Positions 47,488 through 60,930 of a stretch of DNA of 64,000 nt are shown in pieces. Numbering within the stretch: the stretch's first letter is position 1; the number at the start of each line of letters is the position of its first letter. The position numbers and the translations under genes are program-made. This DNA comes from Leucoraja erinacea. Its lineage: Eukaryota. The DNA lies in assembly GCF_028641065.1 (NCBI RefSeq), contig NC_073379.1, positions 44,888,001 to 44,952,000 on the forward strand, given 5' to 3'. Under the pieces are notes generated by a model. That model had not been told where the DNA came from, ran no database searches, and worked only from the letters and a program-made list of their open reading frames with translations.

Positions 47488-48225
47488 TCATCATAATCAT
47501 AAACATAATAATACTTTATTAGCCAAGTATGTTTTGCAACATATGAGAATTTCATTTGCCATACAGTCATACCCAATAAAGCAACGGAACACACAAAATA
47601 CATTTTAACATAAACATCCACCACAGTGACTCCTCCACATTCCTCACTATGATGGAAGGCGAAAAAAAGTTCAATCTCTTCCCTTCTTTGTTCTCCCGTG
47701 GCCGGGGGCCTCGAGCCTTCCGTTAATACGGCGATCTTGGCTCCAGTAGCCGGCGGCGTTTGGTCCCTCGCGTCGGGGCGATCGAGCTCCTGCATTGGGG
47801 GTAATCTCAGCTTCCCGCGCCGGGCGATTGGACCCCAGGTCGGGGCTGGTTGAAACATTCTGCATCGTTTGGAACTTACCGACATCGGTCTCTACCCGAG
47901 AATGCAAGCTCCTCGATGGTGAAATCCGCAGGCACTCATGGTAAGTCCCTGTCCACGCAGTGGGGCTCAAAGTCAGTTCCGAGGAAAGCCTCCAGCTTAA
48001 TGATGTTAAGCCGCAGAGCGACCGGAGATACGATCCGGAAAACAATTGGTTCTCCGGCAAGGTAAGAGATTGAAAATAAATTTCCCCCGACCTCCTCCCC
48101 CACCCCCCACATAAAACCCAGAGAACATTAACACAAACCTTTAAAAACATACTAAAAATAACAAAATAAGACAAAAAGACAGACAGGCTGTTGGCGAGGC
48201 GATCATGCGTCGCCCGCTGGTGGAC
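47488..48225 (-). mobile_element. Non-coding retroposon with GC-rich body and LINE-type (Rex1/L2-like) 3' tail
   Basis: Minus strand ends GGCTAATAAAGTATTATTATG(TTTATGATTATGA); contains GCCTTCCATCATAGTG also seen at 61660. Confidence 0.6.
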
Positions 48226-48619
48226 CTTCATGGACCTCCTTCAAGGACAGGGAGGTGCTGTAATTTTACCAGTAATATATTGTGAAGTAACTTTGAGGGT
48301 TCAATGTCCCAGAGAACTATCATTCTAATTGTCATGGTCTGTAATAATCTGACTATGGTCGGTTAGTTATAAAATGAACGACACAACACTAACTGCCATA
48401 GTTGTTCCTTGTGGTAGCAAACATCAGATTCTCCTCAATTTACACACCATCAAAAGTGGCTATCAATAGATAACTTTGGGAACCCGCTTAAGAAACTAAA
48501 ATAACAATGACTGAGAATAATAAAGTGCGTGAAACTGACTGTTGAAACATTCTCATGTTAAACTGAAAAAAATATGTATAATAACGGGAACATTTTATAG
48601 TCTAGGTCAATACTGGTGA

Positions 48620-49196
48620 TACATAGAAACATAGAAAATAGGTGCAGGAGGAGGCCATTCGGCCCTTCGAGCCAGCACCGCCATTGTGATCATGGCTGAT
48701 CGTTCCCTTTCAATAGCCCGTGCCTGCCTTCTCCCCATATCCCTTGACTCCACTAGTCCCTAGAGCTCTATCTAACTCTCGCTTAAATCCATCCAGTTAC
48801 TTGGCCTCCACTGCCCTCTGTGGCAGGGAATTCCATAAATTCACAACTCTCTGGGTGAAAATGTTTTTTCTCACCTCAGTCTTAAATGACCTCCTCTTTA
48901 TTCTAAGACTGTGGCCCTTGGTTCTGGACTCTCCCAACATTGGGAACATTTTTCCTGCATCTAGCTTGTCCAGTCCTTTTTTAATATGTTTCTATAAGAT
49001 CTCCCCTCATCCTTCTAAACTCCAGTGAATACAAGCCTAGTCTTTTCAATCTTTCCTCATATGACAGTCCCACCATCAATCTCGTGAACCTACACTGCAC
49101 TGCCTCAACCACAAGGATGTCCTTCCTCAAATTAGGAGACCAAAACTGTACACAATACTCCAGATGTGGTCTCACCAGAGCTCTATACAACTGCAG
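48620..49196 (-). mobile_element. CR1 3' end
   Basis: (CATAGAAA)n tail; [19 protein letters not shown]. Confidence 0.9.
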
Positions 49197-51060
49197 AGTC
49201 CAATGCAACTGCACAACTAATGATAACAGATTTTTGCTGGTATTTGCTGTGATTTATATTGCTGTGATTTAAATACAGTTATCACAATGACATAACTGCT
49301 TGCAGTAAAGAAAATATACTACCACTGCATACTTGAATGTCTTGTTAGCTTTATTGGTCACTTGGGATTCCTGGATGTTATGGGTTATGGCTACTTACCA
49401 GTGGGAATCATTTGTCTTGAAAGGTGCCCAATGTAGGCATAACATTAGCAACTGCATAAATAGTAGTGTGGAGTGGTTAGTATAAGAAATGTAGATCCAA
49501 TGTGTAAAATCCAATTGAACTGATGAAACAGCAGCTAAAGTTATGGCATTCCAACCACAACAGTAGGAAAATAAATTTACAATCTCTAATTTACTTCAAT
49601 GACAATGTTTCAATCAATTACAAAATACAAAGCAGATATAACATTTCGTTGGAACTAGCAGGTCCCAAAAAGCATTTATGATCACACAAACTATTTCCAG
49701 AATCATATTTTCCATTAGCATTGCGGTAATACCACAACAATTGAATACCAAAATGTTCCAAAGGTTACTCTAAAATCTGCAGATCGTCCTCGATCAGAGC
49801 CAAAAGATCATGATGAATAGTGCCCCATATCAATTGCAACATTTCTATTAATTGCCATTTTGCGATACCCTGCAAGTTTAAGCCATGATGCCAGAATGGC
49901 TAGAGTGACCGATTTGACTTAAGATGAGCTGCAGCAGTGGTAAAATGATCTGATATTATGTTCCAATTAAGTGACGTGATTGATCTCTTGTTGTGACCTT
50001 GCCAGCAGTAGCACACAACATAAATATGCTAATCTTAGGCATTTATTGCTTTGCTGCTAGTCCCATACCACCTGGCGATTGCAACAGGGCAGTCTGACTT
50101 TAATGACAAATATGTTAATATAATTGCATTACACTTCTTTGTCAGCTAAGGGCATCAACCTGGTTATACTTAGCTGGTTAATACTTCTTTTTTAAGATAG
50201 CAGGATGAGTGATTTTGCATCAACATGTTATTCCTCAATATTTAAGGTATGTCGTGGCTGGTTTGAGGTATGCTGAAGTTTTCATCTCATAAACCCCCCC
50301 CCTAGCTATGAGATGTTGCACTCTGGGAGGTTGAATGTAAGGGGACAATATACAGTTGATGGCAAGACCGTTATGGCATTAATGTGTAGAGGGATCTTGG
50401 AGTCCAAGTTTGTAACAATGAAGATGTCAGCACAAGTAGTCAGGGTGGTAAAGAAGGCATGGTATGTTTACCTTCTTTGCTAGGGGCATTGACTATGAGT
50501 CAGAGAGTCATAATGCAACTCTACAAGCCTTTGTTTGACCACACCTGGACTATTGTGTGTAGTTCAGGTCATCCCATTACAGGATGGATGCCAGGGCTTT
50601 GGAGAAAGTGCAGAGGAGGTTTACGAGAATGCTGTCTGGATTAGATGGTTTGAGCTGCGCAGAGAGGTTGGATGAACATGATTGTTTTCTCTATAATGTC
50701 AGAGCTTGAGGGGAATCATGATAGATATAAAGTTATTAGAAGCATTGATAGGGTCGTTGGTCAGAACCTTTTTCCAAGGATGGAAATATCCAACAGTGGA
50801 GGGCATAGCTACAAGGTGAGAGGGGGAAAGTTTAATGAAGATGTTGTGGCGACTCCCAAGGGTCGGGCCACCCTAACTGTCAAACCCCTTGGCTCAGTGG
50901 TTCAGTCTGGAGGCGGTCCTTAACCAGAGGGTTTAAAGGCAGGGGTTTGGGTGCCGTCTTTCTCTCGTGTGGACTTCCCTACAACCGGGAGGAACCAAAT
51001 AAAGGTGCCTCTCAAAATACTTGACTCCTCTCTTTTAGTTTCGAGACCTACGCACCACAT

Positions 51061-51074
51061 TGGTGACCCCGACG
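51061..51074 (+). promoter_or_regulatory. Primer-binding site complementary to the tRNA-Trp 3' end
   Basis: TGGTGACCCCGACG one base after the 5' LTR; vertebrate tRNA-Trp ends ...CGTCGGGGTCACCA. Confidence 0.85.
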
Positions 51075-51087
51075 CTCCATTGTCGTC

Positions 51088-51957
51088 ATGATGGAGAAAG
51101 GAGAAAGCCCTACCTCCTCACAGGCCGGCTCGGCCCTGTCTCTGGACGCGGTCTCTGTAAAATTGCCCACCTTCTGGACCACCCGGCAGCACATCTGGTT
51201 TCCAGCAAGCGGAGGCCCAATTCAACCTGCGGGGCATCACAGTCGATGCCACCCGCTTCTATTACCTGGTGGGGGCCCTCAACCAGGACACGGTTGAAGA
51301 GGTCACAGACTTCCTCGCAGCCCCACTGGCCACCGATAAATATCTCGGCCTTAAGGAGCTCCTGCTCCAGATTTATGGACTTAGCAGGATGGAGCGTGCT
51401 GCTAGGCTCCTTCATATGGAGGGCCTAGGTGACCGATGGCCATCTAGCCTCCTAAAGGAGATGGTTGCTCTCCTGGATGGGCACACGCCGTGCCTGATGT
51501 TTGAGTACACCTACTTCCATCTGTTGCCGGCCTACATCCGTCCTCAGCTAACGGCGCCTCCTTCGCTGACATCAGAGCCCGCGGGAGGCGTACCAACCAC
51601 GTGGGAACGCACTGAGGACGATGCGCCCTGATGACGTCAACACGCTGGCCGTCAGCAGGCGCACCGATGACGTCACCCCGGCAGCTCCTGATTTCCTCCG
51701 GTGGGGCGGGGAAGCTGTGGAAGGAGTGACAGCTCCAGCCCGAAGGCCCATAAGTCGCCCCCCCGCGGCCGTGTCGGGTACTGCACCTGCAGTCCAGCGC
51801 CAGCAAGCTGCAAGTGCCACCAACAGGAGCCGGCAAGCTCCAAGTAACACCAACATGAGGCACTGGAGCTACTACCATCAGCGCTGGGGTGCTGCAGCAC
51901 GACAATGACGCCAGCCGTGCACGTTCCCGGGAAATGCCTGGGCCGGCTGCCAACAGT
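51088..51957 (+). pseudogene. gag: Gypsy gag pseudogene
   Basis: VSVKLPTFW...QAEAQF...YYLVGAL...LGDRWPSSLL; decayed CHCC finger SYYHQRWGAAARQ*RQPC; frameshifts and a stop. Confidence 0.85.
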
Positions 51958-54900
51958 CCCCGCGGCGGCCTGCCAAATTCACCGCCTCTTCGCCTGAGAT
52001 CGGCGCTCTGGGACCCGCTTCCTCGTTGATACTGGAGCGGAGCTCAGCGTCCTGCCCCCTTCTCTGGCCGACATTCGTTCCGGTAAGCAGGGGCCCGTCC
52101 TCAGCGCGGCGAATAGCAGCCCCATCCGCACGTATGGAGCGCGCATGGTCCCGATCGTGTTCAGCTCCTGCCATTTCTCGTGGCGGTTCACCATTGCTGA
52201 TGTCTCCCAGCCGTTGCTCGGGGCCGACTTCGTCCGGGCGCATTCCCTCCTGGTGGACGTCAGGCGTCAGCGCTTGGTCAACGCCGCTACAATGGAGCCG
52301 ATCACGTTATGTTTGGATCAGCTGGTGGGATGCCCCCTGTCGTCCGTGGATTCCCGCTTCGCTTGGATCTTGGCCGCGTTCCCGGACATCCTGACCCCAC
52401 AGTTTCGGTCATCAACCCCCAGTCACGGAGTGGTACATTTTATACAAACTACCGGCCAACCTATCCACGCACGAGCACGCCGAGTGCCTGCCGGATAAAC
52501 TGCGTCTGGCACGGCAGGAATTCCGCAGGATGGAGTCCTTGGGGATCGTCCACCCTTCAAGCAGCCCATGGGCGTCCCCACTCCACATGGTCCCTAAGTC
52601 AAGCGGGGGTTGGCGACCTTGCGGGGATTACCGACAGCTGAATGCTGCAACAACAGCAGATCGATACCCCGTACCCCACATCCAGGACTTCATTGCCCAT
52701 TTGGCTGGGGCCACAACATTTTCGAAAGTGGATCTGGTACGGGGTTATAACCAGATCCCGGTCCACCTGGATGATGTACCCAAGACGGTGATCATCACGT
52801 CATTCGGACTTTATGAGTTCACGCGGATGCCGTTCGGCCTCAAGAATGCTGCGCAGGCTTTTCAACGCCTAATGGACGGGGTGTGTCATGACCCTCGATT
52901 TTGTCTTTGTTTACCTGGACGACATCCTGGTGGCCGCTCGCAGCAGGAGCACTACGCCCACCTCCGGCAGCTCTGTCAGCGGCTCAGCGAGCATGGTTTG
53001 GCTATCAACCTTGACAAGTGCCATTTAGGGTATCCGAGATCGACTTCCTCGGCCACCGCGTGACTGCACAAGGAGTGGTTCCCCTGCCGGACAGGGTCGA
53101 CGCCATCCGTCGGTTTCCCCGCCCATGCACGGTGCGCAGCCAGCAGGAGTTTGTCGGCATGGTGGCACTTTTCCATCATTTCGTGCCATCCGCGGCCCAC
53201 ATCATGTGGCTGCTGTATCAACCTCTGGCGGGTGGGCAGCACAAGAACGTCAAATGGACCCACGAGGCAGTGGCAGCATTTGGCGGAGCGACGGAGGCCC
53301 TTGCTCGGGCCGTACTGCTGGTGCACCCATGGGAAGATGCCCCAAATGCTGTAACGGTGGACGCCTCGGAGTTGGCAGTTGGTGCAATGCTGGAGCAACT
53401 GACGGGCGGAGTTTGGCGGCCCCTGGCCTTCTTCAGCCGGCACCTCGACCGCGCGCAGACCAAATACAACGCGTTCGATCGCGAGCTCCTGGCTCTGTAC
53501 CTGGCAGTTTGCCACTTCCGCTACTTCCTGGAGGGCCGCCCGTTCACCGCCTACACGGACCACAAGCCACTCACTTTTGTCCTGGTGAAGGTTTCCGACC
53601 CCTGGTCCGCACGACAGCAGCGGCAATCGGCTTACATCTCGGAATATACCACATCTATCCGCTATGTCGAGGAGAAAGAGAACCGGGTGGCCGACACATT
53701 GTCCCGCCCCGCAAGCTACGCCGTTTTCGAGGTGGCGCCCGGAATTGACTATTCTGCCCTGGCAGAGGCACAGCTCACAGACGGTGAGATGCCCGCCTAC
53801 CGGACTGCCATCTTCGGCCTCCGCCTTGAGGATGTCCCTCTCGGTCCTGGAGGAGCGTCGATCCTGTGCGATGTATCGCACGGTCAGCCGTGCCCCATCA
53901 CCCTGCCGCCTGGCGGCGGAGGAATTTTGAGGTTGTCCACGGACTGTCTCACCCATCAATCCGGGCGACAACGGCACTAATGGCTGCTCGTTTCATGTGG
54001 CACGGTCTGCGCAAGCAGGTTGGCCACTGGGCTCGCACCTGCATTCCGTGCCAGACGGCGAAGATCCAGCGCCATGTCCGTGCGCCTCTCCAGATGTTCG
54101 GTCTACCTCACCGGCGATTCGACCATCTCCACGTAGACATTGTAGGGCCTCTTCCGCCGTCCCGGGGCATCACCCACCTTCTCACGATGGCGGACCGCTT
54201 CACGCGGTGGCCGGAAGCCATTCCGCTGGCCGACACTTCAACAGCTACGTGCGCTAGTGCATTGTCCGCGCACTGGATTGCTCGCTTCAGGTTGCCGGCG
54301 CACATCTCCTCAGACTGGGGGCCACAGTTCACCTCCGAGCTGTGGTCGGCCATGGCTCGCTTGCTCGGGGTGCGGCTGCACCACACCACGGCTTATCACC
54401 TGCAAGCTAACGATCTGGTGGAGAGGTTCCACTGGCAGATTAAGGCAGCGCTGAAGGCACGACTCTCCGGCCCGGACTGGATGGACGAGTTGCCGTGGGT
54501 CATGCTGGGCATTCGGACTGCTCCTAAGGAGGACTTGGCCTCATCATCGGCGGAGCTCGTGTACGGGTCACCACTCACAGTGCCCGGGGAGTTCATGCCG
54601 TCGGCGCCGGGGCAGCAGGGAACGCCCGCATCCACCTTAAAGCGCCTTTGCGAGCGAGTTGGCAGGCTCGCACCCGTCCCAACGTCCCGCCATGGGACAT
54701 TTCGCCCACATGTGCCATCAGCCCTCCGGGACTGCTCATACGTCTTCCTGCGCTGTGATGCCCACAGGACGCCACTCCAGAGGCCGTACGATGGCCCGTT
54801 CCGGGTGCTGGAACACGGGCAGACGCCTTTTGTGCTGGGCATGGGGGGCCGGCCGGAGGCCGTGTCGTTTGACCGGTTGAAACCGGCACACCTGGACATT

Positions 54901-55060
54901 GACCAGCCGGTGCTGGTTGCCCAACCTCGGCCTCGAGGGCGCCCCCCCTCACGGCTCCCTCCGCTTGTCACTCCACCTGTCCTCCCGTGGTCCCTCGACC
55001 TATCCCTCGACCTGTCCCTCCACCTATGCCTCCGCCAGCCCCACGATCGGCTGACTTCCG
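51930..55060 (+). pseudogene. pol: Gypsy pol pseudogene (PR, RT, RNase H, IN)
   Basis: FLVDTGA (DTG at 52028), WRPCGDYRQLN, MPFGLKNA, YLDD (52912-52923), VDASELAVGA, RELLA, TDHKPL, HGLSHP..CIPC, D-D-E, PYDGPF; several frameshifts. Confidence 0.95.
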
Positions 55061-56099
55061 CACGTGGGCCGGCCGGGTCGTGCGCCCGCCGGTGCGATTC
55101 ATGCCTCGTGTTCTGGGGGGGGTCCTGTGGCGGCTCCCAAGGGTCGGGCTACCCTAACTGTCGAACCCCTCGGCTCAGTGTTTCAGTCCGGAGGCGGTCC
55201 TTAACCAGAGGGTTTAAAGGCAGGGGTTTGGGTGCCATCTTTCTCTCGTGTGGACTTCCCTACAACCGGGAGGAACCAAATAAAGGTGCCTCTCGAAATA
55301 CCTGACTCCTCTCTTTCATCTCGAGACCTACGCAACACAATGTGCAGGACAAATTTTTAATGTAGTGGTGGGGGCCTGGAACGCATTGCTAAGGATGGTG
55401 GTGGAGGCAGGTACGACAATGCCGTTTAAGAGACTTTTAGATAGGCACATGGCAGTGCAAGGAATAGTGTGATATTGAGCACGTACAGGCAGATGAGATC
55501 AATTAAACTTGACATGTTTGGCACAAACATTGTGGGCCAATATTCTGTGTTTTCCTATGTTCTATGTTCTAATCGATTTTACACAGAGGATGTACATATT
55601 TAATGCAGAGGGTGGTACATACATGGAATGAGCTGCCAGAGGAAATGGTTGAGGTATGTACAGTATATACCAGTCTAAAATAAAATAGTCATTCATCACA
55701 CTTTGTCATTTAAACAAGTTCTGCACTCATGTTACTCCTCCTCACTTTAATCCAGTTTTGCTGCAAAGCCAATCGTTTGATACTTTATTATTTGGTCTTT
55801 ACAGACTTGGTAGACAATATCCGCGCACTGTTCACATACACTATGTTACCTTAATCAGGTTAATCAAACATGTCGCCTTCAACAAATCTGTGCTTGCCTT
55901 TCATAGATCATTGATGTGCAACTGGTTGTTAATTCTTTCCTGGAATGATGTTTTTAAACCACTTGTTCATCACTTACTGCGAGCGGGTCTATAATTGGCA
56001 GATTTGTGACTCCATCTGAGGACCATGACTACCCGATAGTGACAGTGTGACACTTTTAGATCCTACTGTATGTTGTCATTAAACAGTTGGTTTTAAAAT

Positions 56100-56640
56100 A
56101 CATGATGGCGGTGCCTTACCTGGATCGCCGTATGAAGCTCTGGAGTGTTTGGCCTGCTGCTTCAACATCATGGAGCTGTGGTTTGCAGAGTTCCCAGCCT
56201 CAGGCCGCACTGATTTCAATATCACGGAGCCCTGGGATCCCTTTGCCGAGTGCCGCCAGCATGAATCTCCGCCCAGGAATTGACCCATTCGGATGTCCAA
56301 GCTGCTGAGAATGTTTTCCCGTTCCGACGTCGGATGTTGACCCCCAAATTTCATTGTAATAATGGCCATGAGGGGGGTCCAAGAGGAGGCAGTCCGTTGG
56401 AGATGGAAAAAGGGATCAACAATGGGGGCGAGGACTCCTTCGCATGGAAGAACGGAGTGCGGCGGAGGCGACGGAAGAAGAGCTCCAAATCGCGGCAGGC
56501 ACGGAACTCATTGAGGTGGGGATGGAGTCAAGATTCAAGAGTGTTTTATTGTTATATGTCCCAAAATAGAACAATGAAATTCTCACTTGCACTACAGATA
56601 TGTAAACTTAGTACTCAGCAGACACCATAATAAACACCAT
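56100..56640. mobile_element. GC-rich non-coding retroposon fragment plus a Rex1-type tail (minus, 56525-56640)
   Basis: GATGGCGG start and CpG-rich body; CAAGAGTGTTTTATTG tail as at 31652. Confidence 0.45.
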
Positions 56641-56667
56641 GACCTTCTCTCCCCTCCACCACTGGTA

Positions 56668-58805
56668 TCAATAGACAATAGACAATAGACAAAAGATGCA
56701 GGAATAGGCCATTCGGCCCTTCGAGCCAGCACCACCATTTAATGTGATCATGGCTGATCATCCCTAATCAGTACCCCATTCCTGCCTTCTCCCCATATCC
56801 CCTAACTCCGCTATCTTTAAGAGCCCTATCTAGTTCTCTCTTGAAAGTATCCAGAGAACCGGCCTCCACCGCCCTCTGAGGCAGAGAATTCACAACTCTC
56901 TGTGAAAATAAGTGTTTCCTCGTCTCCGTTCTCAATGGCTTACCTCTTATTCAAGATGGTGGACTGCGGGGGTGATGCGCCGTTGTGTATGGCTGCTCCT
57001 CTGCAGTGGCCCCTGGTTCTTTTATTTTTAGTCCTATTCCCCCAACATCTTTTATGTGGAACATGTTTTCTGCCTCAGTCCTACCTGGTCGGAGATGCGG
57101 TTTTTTCTTCTCAAACCCTTAGTCGAACTGGAGCACATTTTAGCGGCGATTCCTGCCGGGACTCTCAGCTTCTAAATTCCACAGTATACAAGGAGCGGGC
57201 GATGCCTTACCGCTCCATTCTGCGGTAAGCTCCGGGGTCCCTGTGACCGTCGACAGCACCCCTGGGATCCGAGAATTAACTTTGGCCGGCGCGGCCTACG
57301 CTGCACTCCCTCAATAGCAAGACTGTCCTTCCTCAAATCAGGGGACAAAAACTGCACACAATACTCCAGGTGTGGTCTCGCTAGGACCATATTCAACTGC
57401 AGAAGGACCTCTTTGCTCCTATGGACTTCGATTCTTCTTGTTTTAAAGGCCAACCCTCACAGTGAATTCTGCTGTGGGGGGACATTTCATGCTTTCTTCA
57501 CTGTACCTGCTGTGTCTTTTTTGCATGCTTACTTTTTCTCTTTTTTGATTTGATGAATTGATCAAGGACCCCCAAATACCCGTGCTATATAAATAAACAT
57601 TATTATGCTTATTATTCCTAAACTGTGGCCCCTGGTTCTGGACACCCCCAGATAGTACATCTGCCTTCCCGTTTTGCCCAACCAAATCTGGATACATTTT
57701 ACCTCACATCCACTCTCATCCTTCTAATCCACATTAAGCTGACAGTCCCGCCATCCCATGCACCTACCCACTCCCCAAAGCAAGACTGTCCTTCCTCAAA
57801 TCAGGGACAAACCACACAATACTCCATAAGATAAGTTAGGACCCTATAAAGATAAGATAAAGGCCTACATGCCATTCGCTTTCTTCACTGCATGCTGTAC
57901 CTGCCTTACACTGATTCACAAGGACTGCCAGATCCCGTTGTGCACCCTTTTCTTTGAGTCATCTTTAGATAGTAATTTGCTAATGTTTTTGCTACCAAAG
58001 TGTAGCCCACATTTATCTAAACTGCATGCCATGCACCTACCCACTCACCCACCTGTTCTATTGTAAATAGCTGCGGTGAGCCTTGCGGCACCCCACATTG
58101 CAGCATTGAGCCTTGCGGCACCCCACTAGTCACTGCCTGCCATTCTGAAAGGGACCCATTAATCCCTACTCTTTGTTTCCTGTCTGCCAACCAATTTTCT
58201 ATCCATGTCAGCACGCTACCTCCAAATTCCACGTGCCCTAATTTTGCCCACTAATCTCCTATGCGGGACCTTATCAAATAATTTCTGAAAGTTCAGGTAC
58301 ACTACATCCACTGGCTCTCCCCTGTCCATTTTCCTAGTACATCCTCAAAAAATCCCACTAGATTAGTCAAGCATGATATCCCCTTCGTAATCCACGCTGA
58401 CTCAGACTGATCTTGTTGCTGCTATCGAAATGTGCTGCTATTTCATATTTTATAATTGACTGCAGTATCTTCCTCACTGCTGACGTCAGGCTAACTGGTC
58501 TATAATTCCCTGAATTCGCTCTCCCGCCTTTCTTAAAGAGTGGGATTATATTAGCTACCCTCCAATCCACAGGAATTGATCCTGAATCTGTAGAACATTG
58601 GAAAATTATCACCAATGTGTCCACGATTTCTAGAGCCGCTTCCTTAAGTACCCTGGGATGCAAACCATCAGGCCCTGGGGATTTATCAGCCTTCAGTGCC
58701 ATCAGTCTACCCAACATAATTTCCTGCAAATTGTGGATTTCCTTCAGTTCCTCCGTCACCCCAGATCCTCTAGTCACTAGTATATCAATACATATTCCCC
58801 ATTGA
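56668..58805 (-). mobile_element. CR1 LINE, about 2.1 kb, scrambled between about 56950 and 58050
   Basis: (GACAATA)n tail; KSPGPDGLHPRVLKE, NYRPVSLTS and VTSGVPQGS on minus. Confidence 0.85.
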
Positions 58806-59061
58806 TAACTATGGTTTCTCTCCACTTTCTCTCCTCTTGTATCTAGCAGTCAGTGCACACTTCTAAAGTTTTCATTGCGGCTGCTAGTATTTTGAAAATA
58901 ATGACATTGGAGCTATTTGCATTAGGGGTCTTGCCTTTAAGATTACGAGATGCATCAACAGCGGTCAGAGAATCGAAAGCAGGAAAACTTGCACTCTAAT
59001 GCCTGAAGATGGATTAAGGGCATCAAACATGTTTGTCTATCACAGAAACATTCCATCTTAA

Positions 59062-60040
59062 TCCATACTATTAATAAAACTCTCATCTTGATCACTTCCG
59101 GTCTGTATTGTAATAAACTGTGGGCATAAATGCTAGCCTATATCGCTACAATTATTTTTGCCACCTTACTCACCGTTCTCCTCTGCTCCATGCCACCAGG
59201 TTTTGTTCAGATTGCTGAAAGATTACAAACAGTTTGAAGGTTTAAAAAAATCGAGAGATGAGCAGATTGGTCTTCTCGCCTGCCCGTCACCATGAAGGTA
59301 ACGCCCATTCCGGACCCGCTGGAGAATAAAGCTGAAACGGACTGTGAACGGGGGCTGTGTTCTGCGAGCGGGGGCGGCGACCACCACGTTGACCCGGGTG
59401 CCGAACCCCTCCCTCAGCCACACTACCCCCTCCCGAACCACACCATCCTGCTCCCCCCACACCCACCCCCTTCCCCCCCCACATCACCCCCACACTGCCC
59501 CCTGCTCCCTCCACATCACCTCCTGCCCTCCCCACATCACCACCTCCCCCGAAACAGCAACCCCTCCCCCACCCAAAACCACCCCCTGTCCCCCACATCA
59601 CCACCTCCCCCCGAACAGCAACCCCTCCCCCCACCCCACAACACCCCCCTCCCCCACACCACACCACCCCTGCCTCCCCAAACCCACCCCTTCCCCCCAC
59701 ACCACCCCCTGCTCACCCCACATCACCCTCTCTGCCCCCCCCCCCACATCACCACCTCCCCCGAACACCCCCCCCCTCTCCCACCCACAACACCTTTCCC
59801 CCCCACCCCACCACCTCCTCCCCCACCCACAACACCCCCCCCTCCAAACACGGCCCCCACAAACCCCCTTCTCCCCCCCACCCCCTCCTCCCCTGCACCC
59901 CCCCTCTCCCCTGCACCCACCCCCTCCCCTCCCCTCCCCTGCACCCTCCCCTCCCCTGCACCCTTCCCTTCCCTGCACCCCCTCCACTGCACCCCCCCTT
60001 CCCCTGTACCTCCCATCCCCTACAGCCCCCCTCCCCTACA
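59062..60040 (+). mobile_element. Helitron 5' part running into a C-rich tract; no 3' hairpin/CTAG seen
   Basis: A|TCCATACTATTAATAAAACTCTCATCTTG and CGCTACAATTATTTTTGCCACCTTACTCACCG shared with the 5' ends at 5755 and 23132. Confidence 0.75.
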
Positions 60041-60312
60041 CCGATTTTACACCAACCAGCGATCCCACACACCAACACGAGCCTACACACACTCAGGACA
60101 ATTTATACTTATATCAAGTATACAAACCCAAGCCAATTAACCTAAAGACCTGTATGTCTTGGAGTGTTGGAGGAAACCGAACATCTCGGAGAAAACCCGT
60201 GTGGTCACGGGGAGATCGTACAACCTCCGTACAGACAGCATCTGTAGTCGGGTTCAAACTCGGGTCTCTGGCGCTGCAAGTTGTGAGGCCGCAGGTCTAC
60301 TGTTGCGCCACC
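60040..60312 (-). mobile_element. V-SINE, tail missing
   Basis: Family motifs. Confidence 0.75.
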
Positions 60313-60579
60313 TGTATTTTGTATTGAACAGCGACAATACAATGGAGGATACTCAGAAAAAAACCTCGTCCCTCTTCCTTACGTGTCGGAGTGCCTCTGA
60401 CTCACACTACAGAGCCAGAGTATCTCAAGCAAGAAGGATTTAATGTGATAATCCAGGACCACCTTACTGTATACACTAACCCACATGTTATATACTTAAC
60501 AAACAGCAACATTAACATTTGAAATTTGTATTTATTTTGATTAATTCATCAATAGTATTCCAGTTCTAGTTATAGTGTC

Positions 60580-60930
60580 AGATGATAGAAGTTTATAAAA
60601 TTATGATAAGTATAGATAGGGTAGACAGCCAGAGTATTTTCACTAGGGTGGAAGAGTAAAATAGTAGAGGGCATAACTATAAGATCTAGAGCGAGAAAGT
60701 TTAAAGATGAACTGTGCAAATTTTCTGCACAGTGTTGCTGGTGCCTGGAACGCACTGTCAGGGGTGGTGGTAGAAGCAGATGCAATCGTGGTGTTTAAGA
60801 AGCTTTTAGATGGGGGATAAGGAGCGTGTACAGACAGTAGGAATTAGTTTTAAGTAGGCATCATGTTTGGTACAGACGTCATGGGCCAAAAGGCCTGTTC
60901 TTGCGATGTGCAGTTCAATGTTCAATGTAA
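60580..60930 (+). mobile_element. Old CR1 3' end
   Basis: GAAGTTTATAAAATTATG (EVYKIM), GCCTGGAACGCACTG (AWNAL), (TTCAATG) tail. Confidence 0.75.

Larger units (their letters stand above)
50845..55339 (+). mobile_element. Full-length decayed Ty3/Gypsy LTR retrotransposon, CsRn1/Kabuki-like (4495 bp)
   Basis: LTRs 50845-51059 and 55126-55339 (TG...CA); 4-bp TSD ATGT; PBS TGGTGACCCCGACG; G8 polypurine tract 55115-55122; gag-PR-RT-RH-IN order. Confidence 0.97.
50310..55660 (+). mobile_element. Old CR1 3' portion split by the Gypsy insertion (50310-50844 plus 55340-55660)
   Basis: GGGGGAAAGTTTAATGAAGATGT|GCAGGACAAATTTTT continuity across the insert. Confidence 0.75.

Noticed and set aside
52976-54971. 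Long antisense ORFs in the Gypsy element
   Set aside because: Expected shadows of GC-rich pol coding sequence; no recognisable motifs.
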